From: a virus | Direction: 5' to 3' (one strand) | Virus record (IMG/VR): IMGVR_UViG_3300029194_000001 | Location: 68,238 to 132,237 of that record | DNA: 64,000 bases | In this document: in pieces, positions 30,014 to 39,205 of the stretch | How the letters are laid out: each line of letters begins with the position of its first letter | Numbering within the stretch: the first letter of the stretch is position 1 | Position numbers and translations under genes: made by a program | Notes under the pieces: generated by a model | Databases searched by the model: none | Seen by the model: only the letters and a program-made list of their open reading frames with translations | Told to the model about the DNA's origin: nothing

Positions 30014-30765
30014 ATCCTCACAATCTGGTGATATAGTAAAATTTCTTTATCATTTATCTGCTTATCATCATGTAAGTGTCCGAAGAACCATTTCTTAAAT
30101 TCACACTTATATTTAATTTCTTCTAAATATGCATTTAGTTCATCTGTCTTAAAAGACCCATGACTATACAAAGCTTTTGTACTTGAAGTACAGTCATGTG
30201 TAATTATATAATCAACTTTCCAGTTGTTATTTTCTAAATTATCTAATCCAATTTGCATCTCTTCTTGAGTTGGCATTTCTTCTTCCCACCATGAGATGCC
30301 TTTTACTCTATAAAATAAATTATCTTTTCTAAGTTGTTTTTGTTTCTCTGTAAAGTCTGGATCATCTAAATCAAGCAAATTCTCAATATCATGGGATCTT
30401 GCACCACCAAAAGTAAATATTGTGCAGCCATCAATATTAAAAACTTGTCCTCTCATCAGATGCAATACATGTGGTCTAATCTCATGGACCAGTCCACTAT
30501 TCCATTCTTTTACAGGATAGTCTGCAAGTCTAGGATGACAATCGTGATTACCATCAACAAAAAGAGTTGTAAACTTTTTATTCTCAAGCCAGTTAAGCCA
30601 ATACTTTTCTGAATGTGTTTCAGTTAGATAATTCCAAACCAATCCGAAGTCACCACAAATAATTACATAATTTTCATTTTGATCGGTAAACGTTTTCTGC
30701 TCTGGAAAATTATCCATACTTAGTCTTGTTACATCACCATGCGTGTCACCTGTTATATAAATCAC
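30007..30765 (-). CDS. calcineurin-like metallophosphoesterase
   Basis: GDTHGD, ICGDFG, GNHD and GHLHD metal-binding motifs in canonical order. Confidence 0.75.
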   Translation of the reverse strand: MIYITGDTHGDVTRLSMDNFPEQKTFTDQNENYVIICGDFGLVWNYLTETHSEKYWLNWLENKKFTTLFVDGNHDCHPRLADYPVKEWNSGLVHEIRPHVLHLMRGQVFNIDGCTIFTFGGARSHDIENLLDLDDPDFTEKQKQLRKDNLFYRVKGISWWEEEMPTQEEMQIGLDNLENNNWKVDYIITHDCTSSTKALYSHGSFKTDELNAYLEEIKYKCEFKKWFFGHLHDDKQINDKEILLYHQIVRIW

Positions 30766-31022
30766 TGCTTTTCTCCAATTAATTCTTTATATTTTTCAAT
30801 ATCTACAACTGCATATTCACCGACTTCATATTCAAAATCATTTGTACAATTTGCTAATTTATGTACATCATTAAACTGAGTGCAACGTTTTTCGCACATA
30901 TATCGGTTTTTATAAAATGATCCGCCCTTGCATTTTGTTGCTCTGACAATTTTTTTAGTTTTTTTATCTCTTAATGCGTATAAAACCTCGTAATCCTTAT
31001 TATTTTTACTCATAAGATCCAT
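30762..31022 (-). CDS. small Cys-rich protein, with the start moved to the internal Met
   Basis: The track ORF 30762..31127 overlaps the upstream gene by 100 nt. Starting at MDLMSKNNK (31022) removes the overlap. Confidence 0.35.
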   Translation of the reverse strand: MDLMSKNNKDYEVLYALRDKKTKKIVRATKCKGGSFYKNRYMCEKRCTQFNDVHKLANCTNDFEYEVGEYAVVDIEKYKELIGEKQ

Positions 31023-31026
31023 CCTT

Positions 31027-31302
31027 TTACCATTTTCTCCAACCACCGGCTCCATCAGATACAATATCGCATCCGCAAATTTTACATTTCTTCCGAACAC
31101 CTTTTGAAAAATGATGATATACTCCACTTGGCTTATGCCAACCTAGAATGTCATGACATAATCTTTTTAATGGATCAAATGGTGTAAACATCCAGATCAT
31201 TGCCAATATCCATGTAAATAAGCAAATCGGAAATACTACACATAAAATCAACATAATAAATGTTTTAATTATTATCATATCTTCTCCATTTCTCTGGTCC
31301 AC
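31027..31302 (-). CDS. small membrane protein with a C-terminal CxxC
   Basis: One TM helix (IIKTFIMLILCVVFPICLFTWILAMIWMF) and CKICGC. Confidence 0.4.
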   Translation of the reverse strand: MDQRNGEDMIIIKTFIMLILCVVFPICLFTWILAMIWMFTPFDPLKRLCHDILGWHKPSGVYHHFSKGVRKKCKICGCDIVSDGAGGWRKW

Positions 31303-31330
31303 CGGTTAAGGCAGACCAGATTGTTATTTA

Positions 31331-31522
31331 TTACCAAACTTCATAAATTTTCTCTAAAACATCTTTAAACGATTCGGCTTTATCAATGTAAATACCACAT
31401 TCGCATAAGATATTAATAGACTCATTTACACTATCAGCCTCGGTTAAAGCGTAAATAATATTATTATGTAATTCTCTTTTATCCATATTATTTCTCTTCT
31501 TCGACAGTTGTTTCATTGGCAT
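31331..31522 (-). CDS. hypothetical small protein
   Basis: 63-aa ORF. Confidence 0.3.
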   Translation of the reverse strand: MPMKQLSKKRNNMDKRELHNNIIYALTEADSVNESINILCECGIYIDKAESFKDVLEKIYEVW

Positions 31523-32507
31523 CGTCTGTCATATTAATAATTGTTCCGGAAGATCCACTAACCATTGGAAGTTCGCCATTCCAACGCTCCATCTTAATTT
31601 TCTCAATAAGTTCTGGAGTTAAGCTCTCTGCAATCTTCTTGTTTGCTTCTGCTTCGGCTTCTGCAGCAATCTTAGTAGCTTCTGCCTGACCTTCTGCTTT
31701 GATTTTTGCCTGTTCAGCATTAATCTGTGCGGTTTCTTTATTCTGCTCTGCTGTGATAAGAGCAACTTCTTTCTCTTTTTCAGCATTAATCTTCGCAGTC
31801 TTAGCTTCAATTGTTGCAAGCTCCTGATCCTGCTGTGCTGTTACCTTTTTCTGAATTGCAGCTGTAGTCTCTTCATCTGTTTCAATTCTTGTAAAGTTTA
31901 CAGTATCAATAATAATTCCGTATTTGTCGAATTTTGCTTTGAGATAATCATCAAGTGCCTGATTAAGCTCCTGCCTTTTATCACCAAATACATCAGTTAC
32001 AGGATATTTTGCAGATACTTCCTGAGACCACGCAATAATCTTAGGTTTAATGAATGTATTTTTAATACTTTCACCACTCTTACCTTTAAATGTTTTGAAA
32101 ATTTCTGTAATTCTATCCTCATCAAAACGATATGAGAATTCCACATCTACATTGATTGATTTTCCATCAGATGTTGGAATATTAAAGCTTTCGTCTTTAT
32201 CAGAATCCCCCTTATCATCTTTAGTAAGATAAGACTGCTCGAGGGCGATTGAATATTCCGTTACTTTCTGTGTAGGCGTTTTAAAGTTCCATCCCTCTTT
32301 CATAGTTTCGCCATTAACTCCACCATGAGTAGCATCGTATATAATCCCAATATAACCAGGGTCAATCTTAACTGTGTTTAAACCACCCAATGCAAGTCCA
32401 CCAACAATAACAGCTCCAGCAATAATTCCACCAGTTCTTTTTTTACTCATCTTTTTTATCCTCTTTGTTTTCATTTTCTTTATCTTCCATTGCATCTTTA
32501 ACACCAT
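31488..32507 (-). CDS. SPFH/band-7 (stomatin/prohibitin/HflK-like) membrane protein
   Basis: N-terminal TM helix (IIAGAVIVGGLALGG), an SPFH core, and a long Ala/Glu/Lys-rich coiled-coil tail (AEQNKETAQINAEQAKIKAEGQAEATKIAAEAEAEANKK). Confidence 0.7.
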   Translation of the reverse strand: MVLKMQWKIKKMKTKRIKKMSKKRTGGIIAGAVIVGGLALGGLNTVKIDPGYIGIIYDATHGGVNGETMKEGWNFKTPTQKVTEYSIALEQSYLTKDDKGDSDKDESFNIPTSDGKSINVDVEFSYRFDEDRITEIFKTFKGKSGESIKNTFIKPKIIAWSQEVSAKYPVTDVFGDKRQELNQALDDYLKAKFDKYGIIIDTVNFTRIETDEETTAAIQKKVTAQQDQELATIEAKTAKINAEKEKEVALITAEQNKETAQINAEQAKIKAEGQAEATKIAAEAEAEANKKIAESLTPELIEKIKMERWNGELPMVSGSSGTIINMTDDANETTVEEEK

Positions 32508-32628
32508 TACTTAAATGTGATGAAATCCATCCGATAAACTTGAATGTACCGATATTTGCAAGTAAAATCCATAATAAAATTGCTCCAATAATTACTAAAA
32601 TGTAGAACGAAATCATACTAATCCCCTC

Positions 32629-32847
32629 TTATTTTGTCCAATCGCCTGCAAATGCTTTTGGCTTCTCTGTCTTGATTTTCTGGATAGCTCTTCCAAAAGC
32701 AATCTCCTTCTTACCAGGTTTCATCCCAGACTGTGCAAGAACAGTCACATTTTCAGTAACTTTTGTCCATTTACCATCTTCACCTTTCACCTTGTAAGTT
32801 TTTTCTGTTTCTTCATAAACTTTGTTCCATGCATTTTTCTTTGTCAT
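32629..32847 (-). CDS. hypothetical small protein
   Basis: 72-aa ORF. Confidence 0.3.
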   Translation of the reverse strand: MTKKNAWNKVYEETEKTYKVKGEDGKWTKVTENVTVLAQSGMKPGKKEIAFGRAIQKIKTEKPKAFAGDWTK

Positions 32848-32908
32848 GTTTTCACCTCATATTGATATAATTGTTTTATGATATATAGCACAAAAGCTAT
32901 AAATTTTT

Positions 32909-33325
32909 TTACATAAGCATTTTTGCCAAAGCTTCAAGTTCAAGCTCTGTACGCTTATCATCAGATAAAAGCTTATTCAAAGTGTTTTCTGTCTCTTTTA
33001 ATTTCTTCTCTTTTTCTGCTCTAGTTAATACAGAAATCTGCATATCAATATCATGCATCCATTTGTCAATAGTAAATCCAGAAATTGTAAACTCATCAAG
33101 ATCCATATTTAAATCAAGTGCTGCCATCTTATAAGTATGTAATTTTACCTTTAATAATTTAAGCTGTTCAACACTCATTACACGAAGATTCATATTTTCT
33201 GTATCAGGTCTAAACACAGTAGAAGTTTCAGACTGCAGTGATCTTGGAAGCTTCGCAAGTTCTTCTCTCTGTAATTCTACCTTCTTTTTTAATAATAAGA
33301 TTGTTTCGTCATTTTTGTTTGCCAT
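32909..33325 (-). CDS. hypothetical protein
   Basis: 138-aa ORF. Confidence 0.4.
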   Translation of the reverse strand: MANKNDETILLLKKKVELQREELAKLPRSLQSETSTVFRPDTENMNLRVMSVEQLKLLKVKLHTYKMAALDLNMDLDEFTISGFTIDKWMHDIDMQISVLTRAEKEKKLKETENTLNKLLSDDKRTELELEALAKMLM

Positions 33326-33345
33326 AGTTTTATCTCCTTTTTTAT

Positions 33346-34467
33346 TTAATATATATTTTTGGCATAATCATGGAATTCTTTACCATCCAGATGCTTATAT
33401 ATTCTATATTTTGGTTTTAATAAATTATATAATTCTGATAATAAATAGTCTTTTTTATTGTATTTAAACAATCCAGTTTCACGATTTTTATACGCTTCAA
33501 AGTAATTTAAATCTTTATCGTATGCATCCATTTTATAAAAATTTTCAAAATTTGTTATTTCCAAAAGTTTTTCATAAGATAAATTAGCATATGTCATAGA
33601 ATTATAATCTATTGGGTTATAGCTAAAGTGATTATTCTCAAGATCAGAAAACATTTCAGAATACTTTTGATTTGGTTTTTCATCAATGCAATCAATCAAT
33701 ATGTCTCCAATACTTTTTCTACTCTCAAAAGTATAATTTTGATATCTACACCATCCATTATTTTTACCTGTACAGAACCAATAATATTCCCCTTTATTTA
33801 TTTGTTTGTATGCACTATGTTTATCATCGTTTCGTATGGTCCATGTATCATCTAATGATTCAATCCAATATCCACCACTTTCTCGCCAATAAGTATGGTA
33901 TCTGTTAATTTCAGTATCCCATTTATCGAATCTACCCATATATATCCATTTTCCATTGTTCTTTGTCAGATACGTTGCTCCAATAATAAGATCTTTACCT
34001 TTAAATTTCTTCCCATTTTGAATCTTTTCTGTATAAGCTTTTATTTCTCTATAATCCGGAGAATCCACAGGAATGAGCACTAAATCTTTACCATCCCAAC
34101 CATATACAAATTCTCCGTCAAGTCCCTTACCTTTTAAGCAATCCGCATGTTCCAAAATGAAAAGCAAATTTTCAATTGTAATCTCAAACTCAAATCCTCT
34201 TGGATCGTAAATTCTACAATATGCATGTCGGTGTTCGCCCCAACTGCCACCATAGTCGCCAACCTTTTTATTTAATACAAAACCTCTGGTTGGTTCGTTA
34301 TCAAAATCATTTGGATCGATTGTATTATCTCTCCAACCATTCCAACTCTTCTCCTTACGCAATTTATTCTTCTCATCATAATAAATTACATACGCAAGTT
34401 TTCCTGTATAAGTATCACTACGATCCTGATACCCCACTTTAATCTTCTTAGGAATATAAATACTCAT
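33346..34467 (-). CDS. hypothetical protein (W/Y/G-rich)
   Basis: 373-aa ORF. Confidence 0.45.
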   Translation of the reverse strand: MSIYIPKKIKVGYQDRSDTYTGKLAYVIYYDEKNKLRKEKSWNGWRDNTIDPNDFDNEPTRGFVLNKKVGDYGGSWGEHRHAYCRIYDPRGFEFEITIENLLFILEHADCLKGKGLDGEFVYGWDGKDLVLIPVDSPDYREIKAYTEKIQNGKKFKGKDLIIGATYLTKNNGKWIYMGRFDKWDTEINRYHTYWRESGGYWIESLDDTWTIRNDDKHSAYKQINKGEYYWFCTGKNNGWCRYQNYTFESRKSIGDILIDCIDEKPNQKYSEMFSDLENNHFSYNPIDYNSMTYANLSYEKLLEITNFENFYKMDAYDKDLNYFEAYKNRETGLFKYNKKDYLLSELYNLLKPKYRIYKHLDGKEFHDYAKNIY

Positions 34468-35132
34468 TCACTGCTCCTCTTATTGTCACTGTAATACCAT
34501 TTTCGATCAATCAAATCCTTGATAACACCACTTTGTTCCATTTCAATCCACTGGTCCAATGTAAGTGGTTTATAATCAGATAACATGCAAAAACAATCAA
34601 TCATCTGTACCGGAATTGTTTTTGATTCATTATCATATTTTGATTTACGTAATGTACTTCTCGTTATGTCTTTGAACTGTTCCACTAATTCCTGATCTTC
34701 CGTAAGATGAGTGTGTCCATGCAGCATCCAGGTAATGGGTTTACCATCTTTATCAGTACGAAACTGTCCATTATAGCAAAATATTGGATAGTGACATAAG
34801 ACTACTTTTCTTCCATCATCATGCATTTCTGCATAAGGCTTAATCCACTGAAATAGTGACTGGTCAAATTTCCTGTCTTGTAAAAACTTGTCATGTCCAC
34901 CATTTACTAAAAACTTCTTCCCATTTAACTGACGAAGTATTCCATTTGTTTCCTCACCCTTCCCAAGTGAAAAATCTCCAAGGATTACAACTTCATCGTT
35001 CTTTCTTACAACAGAATTCCACTGCTTAATCATGTAATCATGCATTGCTTCCAGTGATTCAAAACCACGTTTATCCATAGCAGTATTCATTTTTGCATGA
35101 TGAAAATGATTGTCTGCAATATAAAATCTCAT
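34464..35132 (-). CDS. metallophosphoesterase (second MPP paralogue)
   Basis: DNHFHH, GDFSLG, NGGHD, CHYP and HGHTH motifs. Confidence 0.7.
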   Translation of the reverse strand: MRFYIADNHFHHAKMNTAMDKRGFESLEAMHDYMIKQWNSVVRKNDEVVILGDFSLGKGEETNGILRQLNGKKFLVNGGHDKFLQDRKFDQSLFQWIKPYAEMHDDGRKVVLCHYPIFCYNGQFRTDKDGKPITWMLHGHTHLTEDQELVEQFKDITRSTLRKSKYDNESKTIPVQMIDCFCMLSDYKPLTLDQWIEMEQSGVIKDLIDRKWYYSDNKRSSE

Positions 35133-35356
35133 TAAATTCCTCCAATTGAATCTTTACAAGTTTTTGTAACATTATCATAATTTAGTTTGTCGCTATATTT
35201 CATCCACTCTTGCAATTCAGAATAGCCACATGAACACTCATGTACAACAATAGGGTGTCCATAATCGTATTTAATTGCAGAACTCATATATTGACCACAT
35301 TTAGGACATTTCCTCGTCATTACCTTCTTCTCTTTCTGCAAATAATTTAGCCTCAA
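35132..35356 (-). CDS. zinc-ribbon small protein
   Basis: CPKCG...HECSCG. Confidence 0.4.
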   Translation of the reverse strand: MRLNYLQKEKKVMTRKCPKCGQYMSSAIKYDYGHPIVVHECSCGYSELQEWMKYSDKLNYDNVTKTCKDSIGGI

Positions 35357-36680
35357 TATCGTTTAGAATATCTTCTTTGCCGTTATCCAACCTGTCATTA
35401 ATTACTTCCTCTAATGCATATTTAAGCCATTTTCCGACATCTGGTCCTTCCGGTACGCCAAGTTCCATAATATCCTTCCCATTTATAGCCAAATCTTTTA
35501 TAGAAAAACACTTCGCTTCTGCCAGAACTTCATTTAATATTTCTTCTGCACGAAAAATTTCCCATAGACGATCTTTTGCATAATACGGATTGTGTGCCAT
35601 AATATCGCAGAATCTTACATCTAACAGTCTTCTAAGTTGTGCTTCACCAAGTTTATTCAGATATTTTTTAATTTTATTTGGTTTTGGTACAATTTCCATA
35701 TCATGACTTGCTACAAGTTCTACTACAGATTCCCTAATCTCGTTGGAAAATTTTAGTCTACGAAGTAGTGATTCAGTAATCTCTGCACTTTTAACAGCAT
35801 GTCCATAGAAGTGCTCAATTCCTCGATCTACAGTTTTTGATTCTGGTTTACCAATATCGTGCAATAAGATAGCAAGTCTGGTCTCTAATTCATGTATTCT
35901 ACAAGCTGTTAATGAAAATCTGGTGTGATTCCATACATCATAAATGTGATACATGTTATTTTGAGAGCATCCCATCATCTTACTTAACTCAGGAATTGCC
36001 GGTGAAATATCAATATAATAATCAAGTACATACTCAGGATGATCTGAAATAAGAATCTTACACAGCTCTGATTGTATTCTTTCTGCAGAAATCTTTGACA
36101 AACCATCATTTGTTTGTACCATTGCAATATTGGTATAGTTTTCAATATGGAATCCTAATTGGGCGGCAAACCTTACAGCTCTCATAATACGTAACGGATC
36201 TTCTGTGAATCTATCAACAGGTGTGCCTACACATCGTATAACTTTATTCTCAATATCTTTTAGTCCATTGAACGGATCAATAAATCCATCATCGTCATTA
36301 TAAGCAATTGCATTCATTGTAAAATCACGTCTTGCTAAATCTTCGTGAATACTTCCGATAAATTTTACAGAATCTGGATGGCGACTATCAGTATATTTTC
36401 CATCAGTTCTATAAGTAGTTATCTCGTATCCACGATAATTTACCATGACAGTTACAGTGCCATGCTGCAAGCCTGTTTCTACTACACGAAATCCTTTACT
36501 ACGGAATAATTTACATACGTCTTCCGGCAAGGCATTTGTGCAGATATCCCAGTCGTGTACAGGTAATCCTATAATAGAATTTCGTACAGCTCCACCTACA
36601 AGATAGGCTTCATAACCATTACGATTAAGTACGTAAAATATAGATTTTACGGACTCTGGTAATACAATACCCTCTATCAT
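35301..36680 (-). CDS. cca: CCA-adding tRNA nucleotidyltransferase with an HD domain
   Basis: Head-domain motif LVGGAVRNSIIGLPVHDWDICT and HD motif LAILLHDIGKP. The start is set at MIEGIVLP (36680), which follows a GAAAGGAG SD. The track's longer ORF has no RBS. Confidence 0.8.
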   Translation of the reverse strand: MIEGIVLPESVKSIFYVLNRNGYEAYLVGGAVRNSIIGLPVHDWDICTNALPEDVCKLFRSKGFRVVETGLQHGTVTVMVNYRGYEITTYRTDGKYTDSRHPDSVKFIGSIHEDLARRDFTMNAIAYNDDDGFIDPFNGLKDIENKVIRCVGTPVDRFTEDPLRIMRAVRFAAQLGFHIENYTNIAMVQTNDGLSKISAERIQSELCKILISDHPEYVLDYYIDISPAIPELSKMMGCSQNNMYHIYDVWNHTRFSLTACRIHELETRLAILLHDIGKPESKTVDRGIEHFYGHAVKSAEITESLLRRLKFSNEIRESVVELVASHDMEIVPKPNKIKKYLNKLGEAQLRRLLDVRFCDIMAHNPYYAKDRLWEIFRAEEILNEVLAEAKCFSIKDLAINGKDIMELGVPEGPDVGKWLKYALEEVINDRLDNGKEDILNDIEAKLFAEREEGNDEEMS

Positions 36681-36714
36681 TTTTATTCTCCTTTCTTTAA
36701 GATTTAATGTGCAG

Positions 36715-36733
36715 ATAGGGATTTGAACCCTAT
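36715..36733 (-). promoter_or_regulatory. tRNA T-arm-like hairpin (AUAGGG-UUCAAAU-CCCUAU) in the 5' leader of the CCA-enzyme gene
   Basis: A perfect 6-bp stem with the canonical T-loop heptamer lies 35 nt upstream of the cca start codon. There is no acceptor partner, so it is not a tRNA. Confidence 0.35.
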
Positions 36734-37155
36734 ATAAGCAAATTTTATCAATTTTGTTTACTGACATAAATTCGCCATTATAATATGCCTAATTTTGTAA
36801 ATAAAGCATTATTATACGCATATGTCCATTCTGCCACTGCACGACCTAATTTTTTAAATGCATCTAAAATATTAATAGTGGTGTGCTATTACGCCAAAAG
36901 GGGACTTGTCCTTACCTGTTAAGGGGTGACGTATCATAACTCTTTACATCCTATTCTCTTACTCGTTTATCTTCGATTGAAGTTTTTCATACCTTTAGAC
37001 TTAAAGCCCTACTCCTTAGATGATGGCTGCTTCTAAGCCAACATTCCACTATTCAACTTCTTAATTCTTTTTCTTCTTTACTTTTCCAGTGCAGAAACCT
37101 ACAATAAAAGCTGTTGCAATACAAATGATAAATGCCCCGATATTTATAACAATCA

Positions 37156-37923
37156 TTATTTGTTGTTTCTCCTTCGTTTCATCTCAGCAAGTACTTCATC
37201 AGCCGCACGATTTCTTTCCTGTGTTTCCATTCTGCGATCCATTGCCTCTGTACTTGTGTCATAAGCAATCTGCGCTCCTGCTGCACGTTCTCTTGTTTTC
37301 TTCGCACCCTCGCGCACTCTTTCAAGCATACGGTCACTTTCGTTTGTGCTTGCACTTGCATTCATGCCCTCATGCAGAGAAATAATCTGCTGATCTGCTT
37401 CCATTTGATAAACCGTTCTTTCTTTTTCCTCTTTGAGTTCATCGAGTTCCTGCTTAATAGCACTACGGATTTCATTCTGCTGCTCTTTTGCTTTTTTGTA
37501 TTCTTCAATAGTATCTTTCAACGTCTCAATCTTACCCTGAATAGTAATCTTCTTCATAGCATACTGTCTTGCAGTATCATCATCACCAGAATCCAGACAA
37601 TTATTGATAGACTTATCAATCTTCATAAGTTCTTTTTTGAGGTCGTACTGTTCTTTTTCTGCTTCATCCAGTTTACCGGCAATCTCTGTATAAGACTGTT
37701 CTGCTTTGCTGTACAGAGTCTCTTTTTCTCTGATCGCATTATTGAAATAATCTCTTGCACCATCCGGCGTAGAAGCGTCCTGTCTTGCGATTTCTTCCGT
37801 TCTTCCTCTGAACTTAATTACGAGTTGCTTGAAAAATGTTTTGTTTAAAATCAGTGCCGCAATAATAATTACTCCCAAGATTGAGAGACAAAAGATAACT
37901 ACATTACTTGTTCCTACTGTCAT
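37156..37923 (-). CDS. PspA/IM30-like coiled-coil protein with an N-terminal TM anchor (tentative)
   Basis: N-terminal TM (VVIFCLSILGVIIIAALIL) then about 220 aa of charged heptad repeats. The segment order and spacing resemble PspA/LiaH. It lies immediately upstream of the TerD genes. Confidence 0.4.
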   Translation of the reverse strand: MTVGTSNVVIFCLSILGVIIIAALILNKTFFKQLVIKFRGRTEEIARQDASTPDGARDYFNNAIREKETLYSKAEQSYTEIAGKLDEAEKEQYDLKKELMKIDKSINNCLDSGDDDTARQYAMKKITIQGKIETLKDTIEEYKKAKEQQNEIRSAIKQELDELKEEKERTVYQMEADQQIISLHEGMNASASTNESDRMLERVREGAKKTRERAAGAQIAYDTSTEAMDRRMETQERNRAADEVLAEMKRRRNNK

Positions 37924-37924
37924 T

Positions 37925-38503
37925 TTATTCTACCTCTACTTCAAATTCTTTGCACAGTTCTAAAAGACCGCCATCCCGTCCTTCTCCTACTGCATGAAAC
38001 TTCCATTTTGATTCATCACGATAAATTTCACCAGCAATGATAGCTGTAGAATTTCCGAACTTCTCTTTGAGATCGTATCTCATAATTTCGTTTCCAGTTA
38101 CATCATCTACAATACGGATATATGAGTTTTCCACCATGCCAAAATTCTGCATACGGCGTTCTGCCTCAAAAATGGTCACACAAAATACTACTCTGTCCGC
38201 ATATTTTGGAAGTTTTTCAAGATCCACTTTGATGACTTCATCATCACCCTCTCCAAAGCCTGTTAAATTATCTCCGCTATGGATTACTCCACCACTCGGA
38301 TGTTTCAGGTTATTGTAAAATACAAAATCATTATCAGATCTTGTTATACCAGCTTTGGTAACAACAAATGCAGAAGCATCCAAATCAAAATCTCCATCAT
38401 CATCATACTTTGCTGTGTCCCAACCAAGGCAAACGGAAATTCTATTTACAATACTGTCCTTTGACAGTGCAACTTTATCTCCCTTTTTAAGACTTACTGA
38501 CAT
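37925..38503 (-). CDS. terD: TerD-domain protein (tellurium-resistance TerD/TerE/TerZ family)
   Basis: KGDKVALSK...GWD...DLDASAF...GDNLTGFGEGDDE...FGMVEN...IIAGEIYR, the diagnostic TerD Ca-binding motifs. Confidence 0.9.
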   Translation of the reverse strand: MSVSLKKGDKVALSKDSIVNRISVCLGWDTAKYDDDGDFDLDASAFVVTKAGITRSDNDFVFYNNLKHPSGGVIHSGDNLTGFGEGDDEVIKVDLEKLPKYADRVVFCVTIFEAERRMQNFGMVENSYIRIVDDVTGNEIMRYDLKEKFGNSTAIIAGEIYRDESKWKFHAVGEGRDGGLLELCKEFEVEVE

Positions 38504-38533
38504 ATCACTTTATCTCCTTCATTATTTCCTTCG

Positions 38534-39187
38534 TTATTTGTATCTTTTTGCCATATCAGAAATACTACCATCCTGTGTTCCCTCACCGATAGCTTTAAAC
38601 TGCCATTCATCATTTTCGTCACGATACAGCTCTCCAACGATAAGTGCTGTACATTTGTCATAACCATCTGTAAGATTGTAGCGACAAATTTCTTCTTTGG
38701 TTGCATCATCTACAATTCTTGCATAACAGTTTTTGATCATTCCAAAATGCTGCCCCTTAACTCTACAGTTGTAGATATTCACAACCACTACCAACTTCTT
38801 AATATCCGGCGGCATTTTCTTCAAATCAATCGCAATCTGTTCGTCATCATTTCTTTTGCCCTTTCCACCAACAAGATTGTCACCCCTATGTTTAACGCAA
38901 CCGCTATCATGTGTAAGATTTCCATAATAAATAATATCATCAGATCTTGTCAGACTACATTCTGTAACTTCATCTGTTTCTACCTTTGAAAAAAGTCCGA
39001 ACAGTCCAGATTTCACTTTCTTTGAAATTCGTTTTGTGGATTCACGAAGTACAAATACAGAAGAATCACAATCAATTCTGCTTCCGCTCTGTGCCATATC
39101 CCATCCAAGTCCTACAGTTACATTTGCCAGTTTCTCTACTGCTTTTGAAAGATTTACTTTTTGCCCTTTTGTTAAACTTACTGCCAT
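38534..39187 (-). CDS. TerD-domain protein, paralogue 2 (longer, with an insertion)
   Basis: KGQKVNLSK...GLGWD...DCDSSVF...GDNLVGGKGKRNDDE...FGMIKN. Confidence 0.85.
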   Translation of the reverse strand: MAVSLTKGQKVNLSKAVEKLANVTVGLGWDMAQSGSRIDCDSSVFVLRESTKRISKKVKSGLFGLFSKVETDEVTECSLTRSDDIIYYGNLTHDSGCVKHRGDNLVGGKGKRNDDEQIAIDLKKMPPDIKKLVVVVNIYNCRVKGQHFGMIKNCYARIVDDATKEEICRYNLTDGYDKCTALIVGELYRDENDEWQFKAIGEGTQDGSISDMAKRYK

Positions 39188-39205
39188 TATTTATTTCCTC
39201 CTACA

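Noticed and set aside
30762-31127. Full-length 121-aa version of the small Cys-rich ORF
   Set aside because: It overlaps the 31027..31302 gene by 100 nt in another frame. An internal Met at 31022 removes the overlap, so I adopted the shorter form.
36681-36767. N-terminal 29-codon extension of the CCA-enzyme ORF as listed in the track
   Set aside because: No SD precedes the upstream ATG, and the extension would be translated through the T-arm-like hairpin. The internal ATG at 36680 has a GAAAGGAG SD at ideal spacing.
37372-37848. 158-aa plus-strand ORF, along with similar ones such as 463..861, 38355..38663, 59737..60177 and 33672..33908
   Set aside because: Each lies wholly antisense inside a longer minus-strand gene that has domain or motif support. 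Their translations are low-complexity F/L/I-rich strings typical of antisense frames in AT-rich DNA, and they lack SD sites.
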